From Blasia pusilla (lineage: Eukaryota): a stretch of 64,000 bases of DNA. The position numbers and the translations under genes were made by a program. Position 1 is the stretch's first letter. Every line of letters starts with the position of its first letter. The notes beneath the pieces were generated by a model. The model saw only the letters and a program-made list of their open reading frames with translations. It was not told the origin of the DNA and ran no database searches. Below are positions 23,836 through 37,832 of the stretch, one piece after another. Location of the stretch: NCBI GenBank assembly GCA_050084515.1, contig CM114271.1, positions 41,106,001 through 41,170,000 of the forward strand. The letters run 5' to 3'.

Positions 23836-26800
23836 CTACTGTCCTCTACCTCTTGGTGTATTCTGAGACATAAAAAAAGGAGCATGAGCTTCCTTGTCTA
23901 GTTGGGAATGTATGCCCAACTTTTTTCGTTTACACTTTGCTTTGGGAAAGCGTGGCAGGATTGTGGTAGACTCATATTCTTGAGTGGGTGTTTCATTCAC
24001 CTGCCCTGTAGACCGTCGTCTACCTCGTGACCAACGTTCTATGTTTGATTGTACTCGTTTAATGGAATTGTTGTTGGAGAAACCGTCCACATAAGTGGAG
24101 AAGGGATTCGAGTGCGGTGTTAATCCATTAAGAGCTACTGCTCTTGCTTTTTGAATCCTCCCATTCAAATCTCCAAGTCCTTTTGCCATCAAAGTTAACA
24201 ACCGATTGTTGTTCATGCATGATAGTCGTATATCTGAGAACATCTTATCAATTTCTGCAATGATTTTTGTATGTTGTAGAGAATCTCCCATTGATGTGTT
24301 ATGATGAACAACCAGGTCTAAATATTCAAAGGACATTCCAAAAAGTCAGACAGTGAATTGGTATTCCCATGACGAAAATCTGCATTTAGGGAAAAGCGTT
24401 TGTTTAACATGTTATAGGACGTAGGGGAATTGAAATGCACCTTCTTCGGCATCGACCTGAGAATAGACAATATCAATTGTAGCGCTTACGTCATGGTCAT
24501 TAGATTTTTGCTGAATTAGGTTTAGATGAGCCATCCCGCCATGATGTGTCCCTAATTTGGTTCCAAGAATCGTTACCAGATCTGCTTCACTATACTCTTC
24601 CTTCAATAAGGCTGCAATTTGATTTACATACATAAAGGAACAAAAATTAGGGAAAATCCTTGGCACATCATCTACAATGCCTTGCACATGACGATCACAC
24701 AATTAATCATTTCAAGAGAAGTGTAGTGTGGGCTTATAATTTGCTTGCATATGTTCCCCTTTAGAGACCAGGGACAATCACAATGCCCCCACTCAATATC
24801 GTAATTGTATACTTCATACCACTCTTTGTCCAATGTTTGGCTTCAAACTCTCGCCATGCTAACCTGCCCCCTAATTTCTGTCATCTCCACATCATCACGT
24901 GGGATTGCTCTTCCTTTCAAGACAACGTTATTGATGTATTTCTCATGAGTCGCATTTGTCACAAACCCCCTTCTTTTCAAAAATTGTATGTGGAAATACC
25001 ATGCCTCAATATCATCACTCAATTTCCAAACAAGGTAGTCCCCTCTCCTCTGTTATAATGTCCTCTTATCATCATTCAACACAACCTTCATGATTCCATG
25101 ATAGTTTTCAATAGTTGCGTTAGTATCATGGTTTGCATGTGGATAATCCCTCGCCGCCTTTACCCACTTATCTGAATGATCAACAATGCCACCAATATAC
25201 TATGTTAGATGGTATTCCCGTTTAATTAAGTAGGACATAAACATACTACATATCAACATCAAATGGTGTACTTACCGAGTTTCGGTTCCCAATATACTTG
25301 AATGTAGTTGATGAATTCCCGTTCGTGTTCAAATTCCGTGTAGAATAGATGCAGTTCTTCCCTGGCGTCATTCAAGATGACGCGTTAGTTGTATGTCCCA
25401 CAATGATTGACATACATGATCTCACCTAGCCTCCGAGACATTGATGCTCTTGTGGCAGGGCAATGCACCTTCTTCTTCAGTTGCTTCAACCAATCATGCC
25501 GGACATGCCAAAGACACAATATTATATGTGCCATGGGGAAAGTTGCTATGTGGGAGTGGTTTCCGTGATAGATTGTTAGCAATCGGGAAATATAGGGTGA
25601 AAGAAAAATCTATTTCCATCTACTAGCCTGGTCATGGTGGCAACCTACGAGATATCATCCCTTTAGTACCAATGTACGAAGGACCCACAAGAAGGCGTTA
25701 GTAACTAAAATGGTAGAATGCTCACTGTAGTGCATTTTGTTCCGCCATAGCATCGTCCTCAATGACTGCATTTGGAGCCCAATCATGTTGTATGCTTCTG
25801 CACTTTGTCAGTAGTGCCTTTAACCACCTGCCCAAATAAACTTCCTTTGCACTGGATGTCAGGATCCACGCAACAGGAATGCCTGAATGGTGGTCGTCAA
25901 ACACAAGCAAAGTATATAGAGGAAATTGGAAACACACAGAAAAAATCAAACATGAACCTAGTTAGTACCTGTATTGAACAAGGCAAAATGTAGGTTTTGT
26001 ACAATCAATGTTGTGCATTGAAAAGTGGCTCGTGAGGGTTTAACATTGAAAAAAGAGCAATATTGTACCTTATTTCAGTTGGTGCCGAATGTGCTATCCA
26101 TATTGAGAGCACTACATTGTCCATATTATAAGAGAGCGTGTAATTTCCATTGGCTTTGGAAACCCAAGATAAATGGATGTGTGTCATCCAAATATGGCTC
26201 ATATATGAACACTTTCTCAGGATAGTACTCTACAAATAAACTTAAAGACTCGTTCTCATCTTTTGCAAACTGATAAGTCTCCTTACACAAGGCCTTTTGT
26301 ATATTCTTGATATCATGCATTTGCATGAAGTGTTCTTGTGACAAAGTCTTCTAAAAGTTTGGATCTACCAACGAGCGCATCTTCAATATCTTTGAATGCT
26401 TGGATTTGATTTGGTGAGGTTTAACACTTAAGCGCAACCTTTCTTTAACATACAACTTCAGGTCATCTGAAATTCAAGGTCCATACATCCTTGGTGTGTC
26501 AAGTGAGTCTTGGTAAGCTCTCCCATGACAAGACTTGTTACCTTTATCCACATGTGCCCTGTATTTGTAGGTAATCTTAGCCATATGTGAAGGTGTGGTA
26601 ATTTCCACTACTTAAAAACGCCATTGACATCCACATTTACAACTATCACCTCGACTAATGGCTTGTCCACGTGGCCTACTCACTGGTCCAGTTTTGGGAA
26701 TTTCATACTTGCAACATATGAAAAATTTTGGTGGCAATCAGTTCACGAAAACCATGTTCAGCAGGGGCTTACAATGTTTTATTGTAGCAAATGCAAAAAT

Positions 26801-27150
26801 CCATAATAAAATCCAGAAGAAGGAAAGAATGATTACTGGTGTAGGACAGGTTGTTGGTGGTGGTGCAAGTCGTTGAGTCCATATGCACAATAGAACATTG
26901 TTTATTATGGACCCGAACCCGTTAATCCTCGAGATGCGCCCTTTATAATCCTAGATGACCCTTTCCAAAACTTTTTCGGGTTAGTTCCATCGCCCTCGCC
27001 TCGCTGATAATGAAATTTTCTATCCTCTCCCAAGGAATGTAAGCCACATGATTCGAAGATCATTGAAGATCCTTGGCTTGTATTCGTCCTGGTGGGATAT
27101 TATCTTGAACAGGAATTTCTTTCATTGCTAGAATTCCATGTGTTAGTGAG
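23836..27150 (-). pseudogene. Mutator-like (MULE) transposase with SWIM zinc finger, fragmented and probably intron-containing
   Basis: FPLYTLLVFDDHHSGIPVAWILTS..PNAVIEDDAMAEQNAL, FPMAHIILCLWHV (CxxH motif), PFILGFQSQW, and a SWIM remnant CDCP..GNICK at ~24745-24785. Boundaries are approximate. Confidence 0.8.
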
Positions 27151-28461
27151 ATACTTTCTACGGGTGCAACCTCATATTCCATGGTATGAGTGACACTATG
27201 TTGTGCCCGCCTATGTATAGTCTGCAAGATTTACATCATCCTCTCTTGAAAAATAACAAGACATAGTCAAGAACCACCAAAGAAATGTACATGACCATTA
27301 GGCACGACTAGACGAGAAAAATTTCATTCTGAAAGGGACTAGAGTTCTTCCATTGTGTTGTCTAAGTAGTGACATTCTCACTTGTCATTAATTTCCTTGT
27401 CGTTAATTTCCCGGGATGAGTTAAACTCAGCCCTTCATCAGAAATTCCTGAAAACATATTAATGCCTCACTATTTTTGAAGTATGAACAAGTACATATAA
27501 GTGACTATTTATATCAGCAAACCAACAAGTTCAAGCAGATCCTCCCTTATATGACGGAACCAACAAGCAGAGGATGACACAACGATCAAAAGAGTTGATG
27601 CTCCCCTTCCACAATCAATATGAAGCATGGTGACTTAGTGTAGAGATTGATTGCAAAAACCAGGAATATAGAGTAGAATACAGAAAAATGTTTCCTTTTG
27701 CACACAAAGTTTTGCATATTCACAATTTGTTCACTTCAGGTTTTCAGTACCAGTAATATAATACAATTTAGATATGTTTCTGCAACCTGTCCATGTAGCA
27801 GCTTGAAGGAAATAACACATCCCGTTTTCCTCAATCCCAAAATGCCCACCCAGATATTCCGAGATGTACTTTGGTAATGTTCAAGTCAAAAGGTATGAAC
27901 AGTATTACCAAGTCTAAAATCCCTCTAGTATATCCACAAAAGTTTCATTCCTATCACTTGAAAAGGGCATGAACTTGGATATATAGGTTAACAAAAATGT
28001 GCAATCAGAGCACATAAAGGACCTAAAAATCACTACCCGGACCACCTCTACTAAACAAAAACAAAACAGAGAGGCATCCACTAATGATTCCTCCTGAAAA
28101 TATTGACAATTCCTCGCAGTTTGGCTTGCGTGTGTGCTTCTTCACTCTTCTGCCACTCCGGGTGCTACTTATTACGAATGAAGCCACTAACATTAATACA
28201 TGAATGAAACACTACAAAACACATTATACTTTCAAAACACATACATTGAAGGCTATATATTAAAGCACCTTAAGAAACCACAAAATAGCGAGAACTAAAA
28301 AATACTTTCAAAACACCAAGGTACCAATTGCAAGGTTCAAGGCTATATATTAAAGCAGCCTAAGAGACTACAACAAAACCACAACTACACAAGAATTTAG
28401 AGTTCCAAAACACAAAGGTTCAAGACTCTACAACCAGCCTTGCATATCCAATCAGAGAACA

Positions 28462-30648
28462 TTAAATGACGGTATTAGAACATCTTATCAAGTGGACTTC
28501 ATACATGTTGTTTTTTTGTCTAATTCTCCATGCTTTTGATTTCCCATATTGGTTCTTCCTTTTTTCCTGTCGAGTGGGAGGGGTTGCCATCATATCATGT
28601 AGAATTTCCAGCTTTGATTTTCCTTTATCTCTGCACTTCTCTACACTAGGAGTTAATCCTGTTTGAGTGGCCTTCAATTTGCATCCCTTGTGTGCCTCAC
28701 CACCCTGGCTAGGCTCATCACTTGCTGTTGGCTCTGCACTTACATTCAAATCCCCATCTAGACAAGTCTCTGCCACAATCTGAGTCACATGTTACTTGGA
28801 TGTACTCGAAAATGGTTCACTTGTCATGTCCTACTTCCATCCTTATGCCGGTTCCTGGTGGTAACCAATCCTCACTAATCTCATTCAAATCCCTGAGGAT
28901 TTGAATGTCAGATATCGGGTCCATAGAGTGTTGATCTTCAGCAAGACCTACAATCTCCTTCGCTGTTTTCTTTGCTTCTCCACTTATCTGCCCTCTTGCA
29001 ACAGGTGAAGAAAATCCCAACTTTACTTGACCCAAGTTTTTCTTTAAGGCTTGCATCTCAGGCTATGAAGCAATGCTTTTCACAAGAAGACAATCATCTA
29101 GAATTTCACCATCTTCTGTTGCATCAAGCACCTCTTGCCGCTCCATGGTAGAATTGCATGGGATCACGAAATCAGCAGCAATTGGAGTCTCCTTATCTCG
29201 GTTCATTTACTCCATGATGCCTACCCTAATATTGGAATTACCACCCACTACCAAGTCATTGTTCACATCCCCCTCAACTGATGTACCAGCCTCCCACTGA
29301 ATCGTTTCTACATGCTCAACATGTCCATTTTCTCCCAATGGACTATCCATGACATCCCCCACTGTAATGGACTTCTTCCTTTTCCTTTTGGTGGATGAGT
29401 CCTTGTCCGAATTTTGTGTATCTGTTTCCACTTTGCATGTCGTCTTCCTCTTGCCTGAAGATCCTTTAGTCATTGATCTTGTACAAGATCCTGATCTTGT
29501 TGGAGTACTCAATATCTGATCACTACAATGCTTGCTCACAATCACCTCCACCGCTTCTAAACGTGAGTCCGCCTCTTCCAATTCTACCCTAGGGCGCCTT
29601 CGGGGAGGCAATGTCTGAAAATCAGAACTACTTGAACTAGGAGACTTCTGGAAGTCTCCTTCAATCTGAAATTTTCCTTCATGCCCCTTCTTAGACCAAG
29701 TGTCTCTATGAGAATTCGGTTCAGTAGGGACGTAGGTTGAAGCTCTCTCCTCACAAATCTTCTTGGCCTTCTCTACATCCCTTTTCTCCAACCAATCCAA
29801 GTATTGTTGGTTTGCCATAAACTCTGAGCACTTGGCTTAATCTCGCTCAAGCCAACCTATCAAATTCTGCTTTTTGCGCGCAATCCAAGCTATACTCTGT
29901 TGGACTTGTGCCTCTCTTTATGAAGTGTATTTGGAAGGAAGTTCTACCAAGTTCACACATTCACCCGTTTGAACCACTCCCCAAAGTTTTTTAGACAACT
30001 CCAAGTGTACAAAATAAGCTTTACTCCTCCCAATCAAATCAATGAACCTAGCTTGCTTGCTCTTTCAATAGCAAGCAAGCATCCAAAAACAACAACATCC
30101 ATCATTGTGTTGCTATTTTCACAATCCAAAATCCTCACTATACATTGCCCGTACTTTGTCTTGTTAAGAATCTCATCCCAATCAACAATTTTTAGATCAC
30201 ATTCCATCAAAGCCAAGAGTGCTGGCTTCTTTGCCAACCCCGGGATGTGCGAATTTCTTTCCATTGATAGCCACGCATTAGAATGGAACTATCACAACCG
30301 ATACAACTTCTCCCTTCTTATCTTTGCCTCTCGTCTCGAAGCATCTCTTGATTTTCTTAGGAGATCTCTCTTTCTTTGAGAATCAAAAATAGTTCTCTTT
30401 GGCCCCTTCATGGGGTCCAATGCACGCCTACCTTGACTCTCTAGTGGTACTAAATAACATTCAGCAAGGTTAGAGTGGTACTTCTTCAAGTGTTGATTAC
30501 ACTTGGTTTTGTTCGTGGCTTTAAGGATGCGGTTGCACACCATGTACATCCAATTTTTTCCATCATCAATGTAACGAAAATAAGTGTTTTCCCCCATAGC
30601 AACACCCCATACAACTCTTTTCAGACTTGAGGCAGCAATAAGAACCAA
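28462..30648 (-). pseudogene. Chain of same-strand ORF fragments of unknown function, possibly a DNA-transposon accessory gene
   Basis: Consecutive minus-strand ORFs of 118, 76, 203, 79 and 108 aa with charged, protein-like composition. No family recognised. Confidence 0.4.
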
Positions 30649-33600
30649 TCACTTGGATGGTGGGTTGGTCACACTCGTAAAAAACTCATACAAAGGACAG
30701 ACCCTAAACAATCATAAGACTCCTTATTTATTCCCAGATACATAAACCTTCACCATATCATGTATAACACATCTTCAAGTTCCAATCACACAAGTATATG
30801 TTATAACAAGCAAAAGAAAATGTTTGTAAATGGGTAGAAAATGTTTGATCTTTGACGAAATGGTTCCTGGTTCCGTGACATGGAAGGCATTATGCATAGT
30901 AGCAGGTGGAGCTCGAGAATGGGTGCATTGAGTACTTTCCCACTATAGTTGATAGTTTGATTTAGAAGTGGCATGGGATTACATTACGAAGCGCCAATAT
31001 TGAAGGAATCACTTCGACCATCTTAAGTAGACAATCATATACCAACCACATGAGAACAGATCCACATTACTCGCACGAACATCCATTTCCCACCAGAATC
31101 GGGTGGCCAAAATTGCGACAAGGAAGAGTATGCATGGTCTGAGGCGACTCCTCAGACCATCATAGAGATAACATTCATAGGAGTCCTTCAAAGAATGAAT
31201 GCATCCTACATTAGCTAAATACCATGGTTCGATGAGCTTGATGGGCTCGACTAAGGGAATGGTTTGCTAGTTTGCTGAATGGTAGCAGGCCCTTGTCCCG
31301 AACTGGTTATAGGTTATGTCAAGGAGACCAATTTGGTTCAAGAAGGTCTTCCTATGTGTATATTTCTAGGAAAATTTGAGGGATTAAAGGCGGTACCAAT
31401 ACCCAAAATTGTGACAGAGGAGCAGAAGCTGAGACTAGCCTTGCATGTTCAAAATGTTAGCTTTGAGTTGGATTGGAGTTGAAGTCACCTATTGGTTCAT
31501 CTAAATGACATTCAAGTGTGACTCCACACTAGCTACCATTTCAGATGAGCTCTCAACTAGATACCAGAATATGTCCTCTACATGGATGCAGAGCAATTTT
31601 ACCATATTTTAATCATGAAGGCTCCTTAATAGCTCTCCTTTAGGTAAACACTCACAATCCCCCTGGTCATCATCATGTGATAGCACTGTCACAATACTTT
31701 GAATAGCATTGTCAGTGCTATTCAATGTCCATCATCAATAAATCCTCTTAAACATAACAAGAATCCCCTTTTAAAGAAATAATCTCCTTGTTGAGTAAGG
31801 AGGTTTAGGGATTGAGTTCTCAGGCTGGGCAAGGATGGCTTAGTCTCCTTCAGAATTTGAAGGAGACACGTGCATCTTTAAAAAAAATTTATGGATGCAT
31901 AGCTTGGAGCTATTACATGTGGACTACAACCAACCCCTTAAAGAGAATGGATGGTCCTCCAAGAACAGGAATCTAAGACGGGTAAGGCAATTCAAAATTA
32001 AGATGTTCTTTATCTTGTTGGACTTACTGATCACCTACTCAAAGTTCCCATACTTGCACTCCACTATATGATTGGAATACGTGAGTAACATGGTGTTGAA
32101 GCCGCTCTAGTGCATGGCAAGTAGGAAAAAACCCAAATGTTGCACTTTTTATTATGAAGTATTTACTCACTAGAGTGAAGCTATGCAGAAGGACTCCAAG
32201 TCACGACTCGATGCGCCCAACAATGTAGAAGCCTATAGACTTGACCAACCCCTACGCTCCTTACTTGCACAACGCACAATATCACTACAATTGGATAATA
32301 AGCATACATGAAACATCCTACATGAAGTAGATCTCTAGAGTAATAGTTTTATTCCTGATGTTATGACACTAGAAAACTTTTAGCAAGTGTGTGCCAAGTC
32401 TGCAATTACAACAAAAAATCATCTTTTGAGTAGTAGTTCATACACACACATGGAAGATAAACGATACTTTTGGTAGAGTTAACAACCCGTATATGCCTTT
32501 TGGCACCTTTTCCCATTCCACTGGCTCTGATGATTACAGGGCGATCTGATGAAGACGAGTATATATTAAAACAATTGTTGTGATAATAGCTTGACTACTG
32601 CAGGTTGGGTTGAGGCCCTTCAATCCGTGAATATAAAGACCAAATGATGTTTCCTCTCACAAGTCCATCCTCTAATTAGATCCCAGACTCATATTCATTT
32701 AAGGATCCGCAACTTTATAAGACCAAATTTCATTACCTAAAATAAAGTCCATTTTTCTCAGGCTCCATTCCAAATCCGAATACATATTCCAGGTGTCAGG
32801 CAACACGTTAAGTTTGAACAAAGATTGCTTTTCTGATAGACAACCTCAGTGTCCTTTTGCTGGTAGTATGACTGTAGAGAAGCCCATAATTAACAACAAA
32901 AATACTTGAAGCTTAGACAATTTCTCGTCAAATGAAACCACCCTAAAGAGGATGGTCATTGGCAGCAGCTGTAAGGAAAGCAGTGCATGTTTGGATTTGA
33001 GCATTAGGCCAACATCTGCCAAACAGTTTTTGAATGTGTTCCTAGATCTAAATTAAGGAGAGTAAAAGGTTGTAGGAAAAACCTCTTCGTAAAGATTCTC
33101 ATAAATACCGGTTATCAAAACAAGGGTGATTGACATGTTCACCTTCCTAGCTATACCATATGAGTCTGAAGTTTTTGATTGTGAACATGTCAAAGGGCTT
33201 CAATGAGTGGATGTCAATTATCTCCCAAGTTTTAGTAGCTTGGGGACGGTAGTGTTGCAGGAGGTGAGGATGGTGGTGTATTTTCCAGGCCTCACCATTT
33301 CTGCTCCCTCAAGGTAGCATACGTAGTCTTGATCCATAATGTTCTCCTTCAAGGTGTATAACCACACATGGTCGAAAAAAATCACAGGCTTGTTACTTCG
33401 AGTGGCAGCCTTCCAGATGTCAGACATAGTAGGGAGTAGAGAAAGCAAGTAACTGCAATCCAAGCACATATTGAAAGTAGGACTCCAAGCGCTATCGTGT
33501 TGTGCCCCATGTTCTAGCCTTCTATGATTGGCAACATTCGAGACATAGCTGCACAAAATGCCATCCCTGTGCAGTAATTTTCATTAATTGGAGTGGTCAG

Positions 33601-36600
33601 TAGCCTTCACTCACCAAATGTCTCTACATTATATTCCTAACTCGGAATGGACAATGAAATCTCTCCTACTCGATACACTTCTGCCTAAACGCTCTTGCCG
33701 TTCCAACCATATCGCCAATTTTGGAGCCAACTTCAAGCTACAGGAGTAGACGGACAGAGGCAATGCGTGGAAGAGCATCACACAATTATTTTCAGTGCAT
33801 TGTCTATGAGACAAAGCACTTCTATTTTTGTCCCAAATTTCAAAAATACTATAGTGATGGCATGCCCTGTACAAATGATTTTGGGATTTCTGATGCACTA
33901 TCCTAGGACACCAAGTGACGTTGTGGAAGCCTATAGACTTGACCGAGGAGCAAGGCTGTGATTCGATTGCACATGCTACTTAGACCATGGTCTAAGTAGC
34001 ATGCTTATCTGAGAAGATTTGAAAAAGAGAGCGCATATATGGCAGTGTTGCCAGATGGCTCGACTTTCACATGGACAGTCAAAAAGTAACAAGGTAAAGC
34101 TCGGATGTGAAACACCCCCGGGCCGCTGGCTCTGGACGAGACAATCACACAAACAAAAGCGACGCCGGAACTGAAATGGCACCTCACCCAAGTCACCAGA
34201 GCAAGTCACCCACGGGAGGGAGCGGGGGTTCGAGCGCGCCCGGATGGAGGGCCCACAGATCGGGAGCATAGATCGGGCACAGATTCTCTTGTGCCCCACC
34301 CCGCTTCTACTGTCATGTCCAAAACCTAACAAGACAAACTGAACTAGTACAAGAGAACAAAGGGAAAAGTCTTACTGTGCTACTGTTTACTAGGGAAATT
34401 GTCAAAATTCTGAAATCTTGTGGAGGCCCAAGCCGCGCAGATGGAAGGACGAAACCAAGGTTCATTGATATGAGTAGGACGAATTGGGGGTTGAAACTTA
34501 CTGTGCATTGGACGTTAGGAGCGCCTCAAGGTCTGAATTTCGGCAGCGACCAGGAGATCCGGATGAGCGTGTCATCTAAAATTTTATCGAGCTCTTAGCA
34601 CGACCCCTCCAACATTACTACCTTCTTACTCATATCTGCAATGGCGTCAGAAACACTTGGATCACACAAAATGGGAGAGAGGAAAAACGCCTGAATTGCT
34701 CGAGCCGCTTGGAAGACCCCGAAGATTGAACCCTAGCCTGAGGACGGAAACCATTCGTACGTGCGTATGAGAACCATTCCGTCTCAACTACAAACGATTT
34801 TGGGCAAGGGGCGAACCCTCCAGGGGCGAAAGGGTAAAAAGGGAGTAAAAGAGGGAGGGGGAAAAGAGGGCGAATTTGGAAATTCAGAGAGGTCATTCGT
34901 TCCTCCAAGTCTAGCGTGACTCTGAACTTCCAACGTTCTTTGTCCATCGTCAGATCAGGAAGTAAAATAGTGGCAGCAAGGCAGAGGCGTCCGATAGAGG
35001 GCTACCATCCTCTAAAGTATGTCGACACGGTTGCCCCACGATCCTCTTCATCGGGTGGAAGCTATTGGCGGGATACTTGACGAGAGACACAGATCGACCT
35101 TCCTGCATTCGAGTTGGCTGATGCATGGAGTTTGGATCGTCATAGAGGAAAAGGACCCGAGCATAAGAAGGAGGATCGATAAATAACAGCCATTTTCACC
35201 TTCATCAGCACATCCATTGCGAGGTCTTACATGACTATGCAATGGCGATGATGAATCCCTCCATGGCACATAAATCATGAGAACATCATACGCCATGTGA
35301 AGGTCCGGATATCCGTGGCAGCAACTGCCGAGCTTTCCCCTTCCCAGAAAGGAAAGAGGGTGGGGGATCCGTGGGATGTAGGTTGTCGGAGGAAAGTCCT
35401 GCTTAGTCGGGAAGTGAGAGGAGGGGGGACAGGGGAGCGCGGGTAGATTAGGGGTTCACGGGTTGCCACTTAATGGGAACCCATGAATCCGGAGCCATTA
35501 ACGCTCCGGATACTGGGAATATCGTCCTCCTCTGCGAACGAGCGAATGGGGTCTCGAGACCTCGATAATAATACCGGCATATGTTGGAATGGTCGGGCTA
35601 GAGTTCGACCCGACGTGTCATTCATAGCCGCGAAGAAATAGCGGAAATTGGGGCTCGTGAAATAGTCGTGCACATGCGACTAGAAATCTCGCAAAGTCCA
35701 CCGCTCGATCTTGTCTGCGATTTTCTCGTCTCTTGTATCGGAAGCGTGGTGATCGGGAAAGGACAGGCTGAAGACAAGGGAATCCCAGCTTTCTCACCCT
35801 GTGTCCCGTGTCCGCCTTTCGCTCTAGGAATCCAGTGGGGATGAAAAGCGCAACGACATGACATTAGCGCTTTGGTGTCGAGCGCGACCTCCAGACCGCC
35901 TGACTTGCACCGTAGTTCGTCCATCCAACCATGCACGTCGGTCGATTCACTGTCGTGAAGCAGGCGTCATTCGCGTTCACCGGTTCTGCCTCGTCAGTGT
36001 ACTACTACTTACTGAACGCGAAGCGGCCGCCCGCAATGGAGGCACCTCGGCCGCGGTACTCGGGACGTTCAAATCTGGCCAGTGCTCGCTCCGGCGGTCT
36101 ATCCAATGAAGTATTCTCCCACAAAAGCCGGTGTAACGACGCCACATCTGTAAGTGCTCCTCCGCGACGCATCGTCCACGTGGGTCCACCCTCGCACAAT
36201 TCCATTCGAGATTCGTCCCGAGGCAGCCGTAGCAGCTCCGTGCGATCGCCGAGACCTACGAAACTCGCCGGACGCCACCTCCCGGTCGCGGGCGGGGGGG
36301 GGCTTCTCCCAGGCGCTGACGCTATGCTGCGACCCTCGGCGGCATCTCCTCTCTGCTTATCCGCTTGGGTCCATGGCCCACCCGACCAACCCAACCAACC
36401 AAACAACAAGAGAACAACATTCGCGGGGTATGTCTCGTCCTCTTTCTTCCTTTCTCCGGGCACAGTCACCTCTCCCGCCTCAAGCCAACCGTCACAAGGC
36501 CTCCCTCGCCACCCGCACGGCGGGACCCGAGCGCCATCGACACAAACAGCGACAACTCGCGAAATCCCCGGGGAAGAGAAGTGTGCTTCGCTGCAGGAGC

Positions 36601-37200
36601 ATCTCGACTGCGAACGCCACGCGCTGCTCAGCGGGTGCCCCACCCGTTCTGGACGCAGCCGATTCCCACCGCAACGATTACATCATTTCCATGTGCCTTT
36701 GCATTCGACCCCGATATCTCCAGATTCTCGAAGGCATTCTACGACCCTTCGACTTTTGTCATCGTCGATGGGGCATCACTCAATCATAGCTCGCCTCCCC
36801 ATTCCGTTCCGTCTTCGCTCTCATTCCATCGGATGCCAAAACAAAGTCGCTCCTGTGCAAACGCACATCGCGCGCTCGAAGATCTCCCACTTAAAGTTCA
36901 ATCAATCATATTTCCACCTAAAAATATATGTTATCTATCGGTGGCTGGCCCCGCCAAGTTCACGCGTTCGAATCGGATGAAATGAGAAAGTCATTACTAT
37001 TATTTTATTACAAAAGACCAGATGGAAGTACTGCTCAAGGGGAGAAGTAATTTTGGGAAAAAAGAAATAAGGAAATAAAGAAAGTTCACATAATAATGGA
37101 TGGATTATAACGTCCATTATTATGTGATTCTTTGACTGAATGTGTGGCGTTTGGAATCAAAACACTGGAATTTTAAATTTGAAGTATTTCGTTTTGGGAA

Positions 37201-37832
37201 TCTTTTCATGTCATTATAATTTCTCCTAAAACCAAAATAAGATTTCAACGAACATAAATGGGTTGGTGAATTATCACCAAAAAATATTTAGCTGGAAATT
37301 CATCTCTAGCATCGTTGATGTTAGTTTTTGCATGTTAAATTTCAAAATTGTGACATGCTTCCAAAGACTTCATGTCCCTCCATTTGTTGGAATTGCTACG
37401 AGTATCCAATTTTTTTCAAAAAATTTTCCACTATGATGAATATTCCTCCGAGAAAGTTTTCATATCGCAATCTATGTTCGAATATATTTTCTCAAAATTG
37501 CGCAACCCATTCTCCCCCATTTTTAGAACTTCATCGTGTCCCAAAACTACCTTTCTTCATTTCCATCTAACCTAGTGCATTGTATGGGGTCCAATCACTA
37601 GTGCTTATATGAATTTTAAAAAATTATTCACATACATCTTCAAATTGTATTCTTGTGTCGACCTTGATTATTTCACATATTTTATGAAGGTGAGTATAGG
37701 GAATTCAGTTCGGAAAAATTTCAACTAGGTACGAAATAAAATTTGGAACCCAATTTTATTACAATCAAGAAAAAGTTTTCCTATGTGTATTAAAATTACT
37801 TTGCCTCGTTACATTTCACTTTGGTGCCACTT
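37201..37832 (+). repeat. 632-bp direct duplication, copy 1
   Basis: Near-identical to 41467-42098. Confidence 0.95.

Noticed and set aside
35931-36985. Long overlapping ORFs (349, 212, 211, 206 aa)
   Set aside because: Open in several frames on both strands of GC-rich DNA, with Ser/Pro/Arg-rich translations and no domain. Most likely compositional artefacts.
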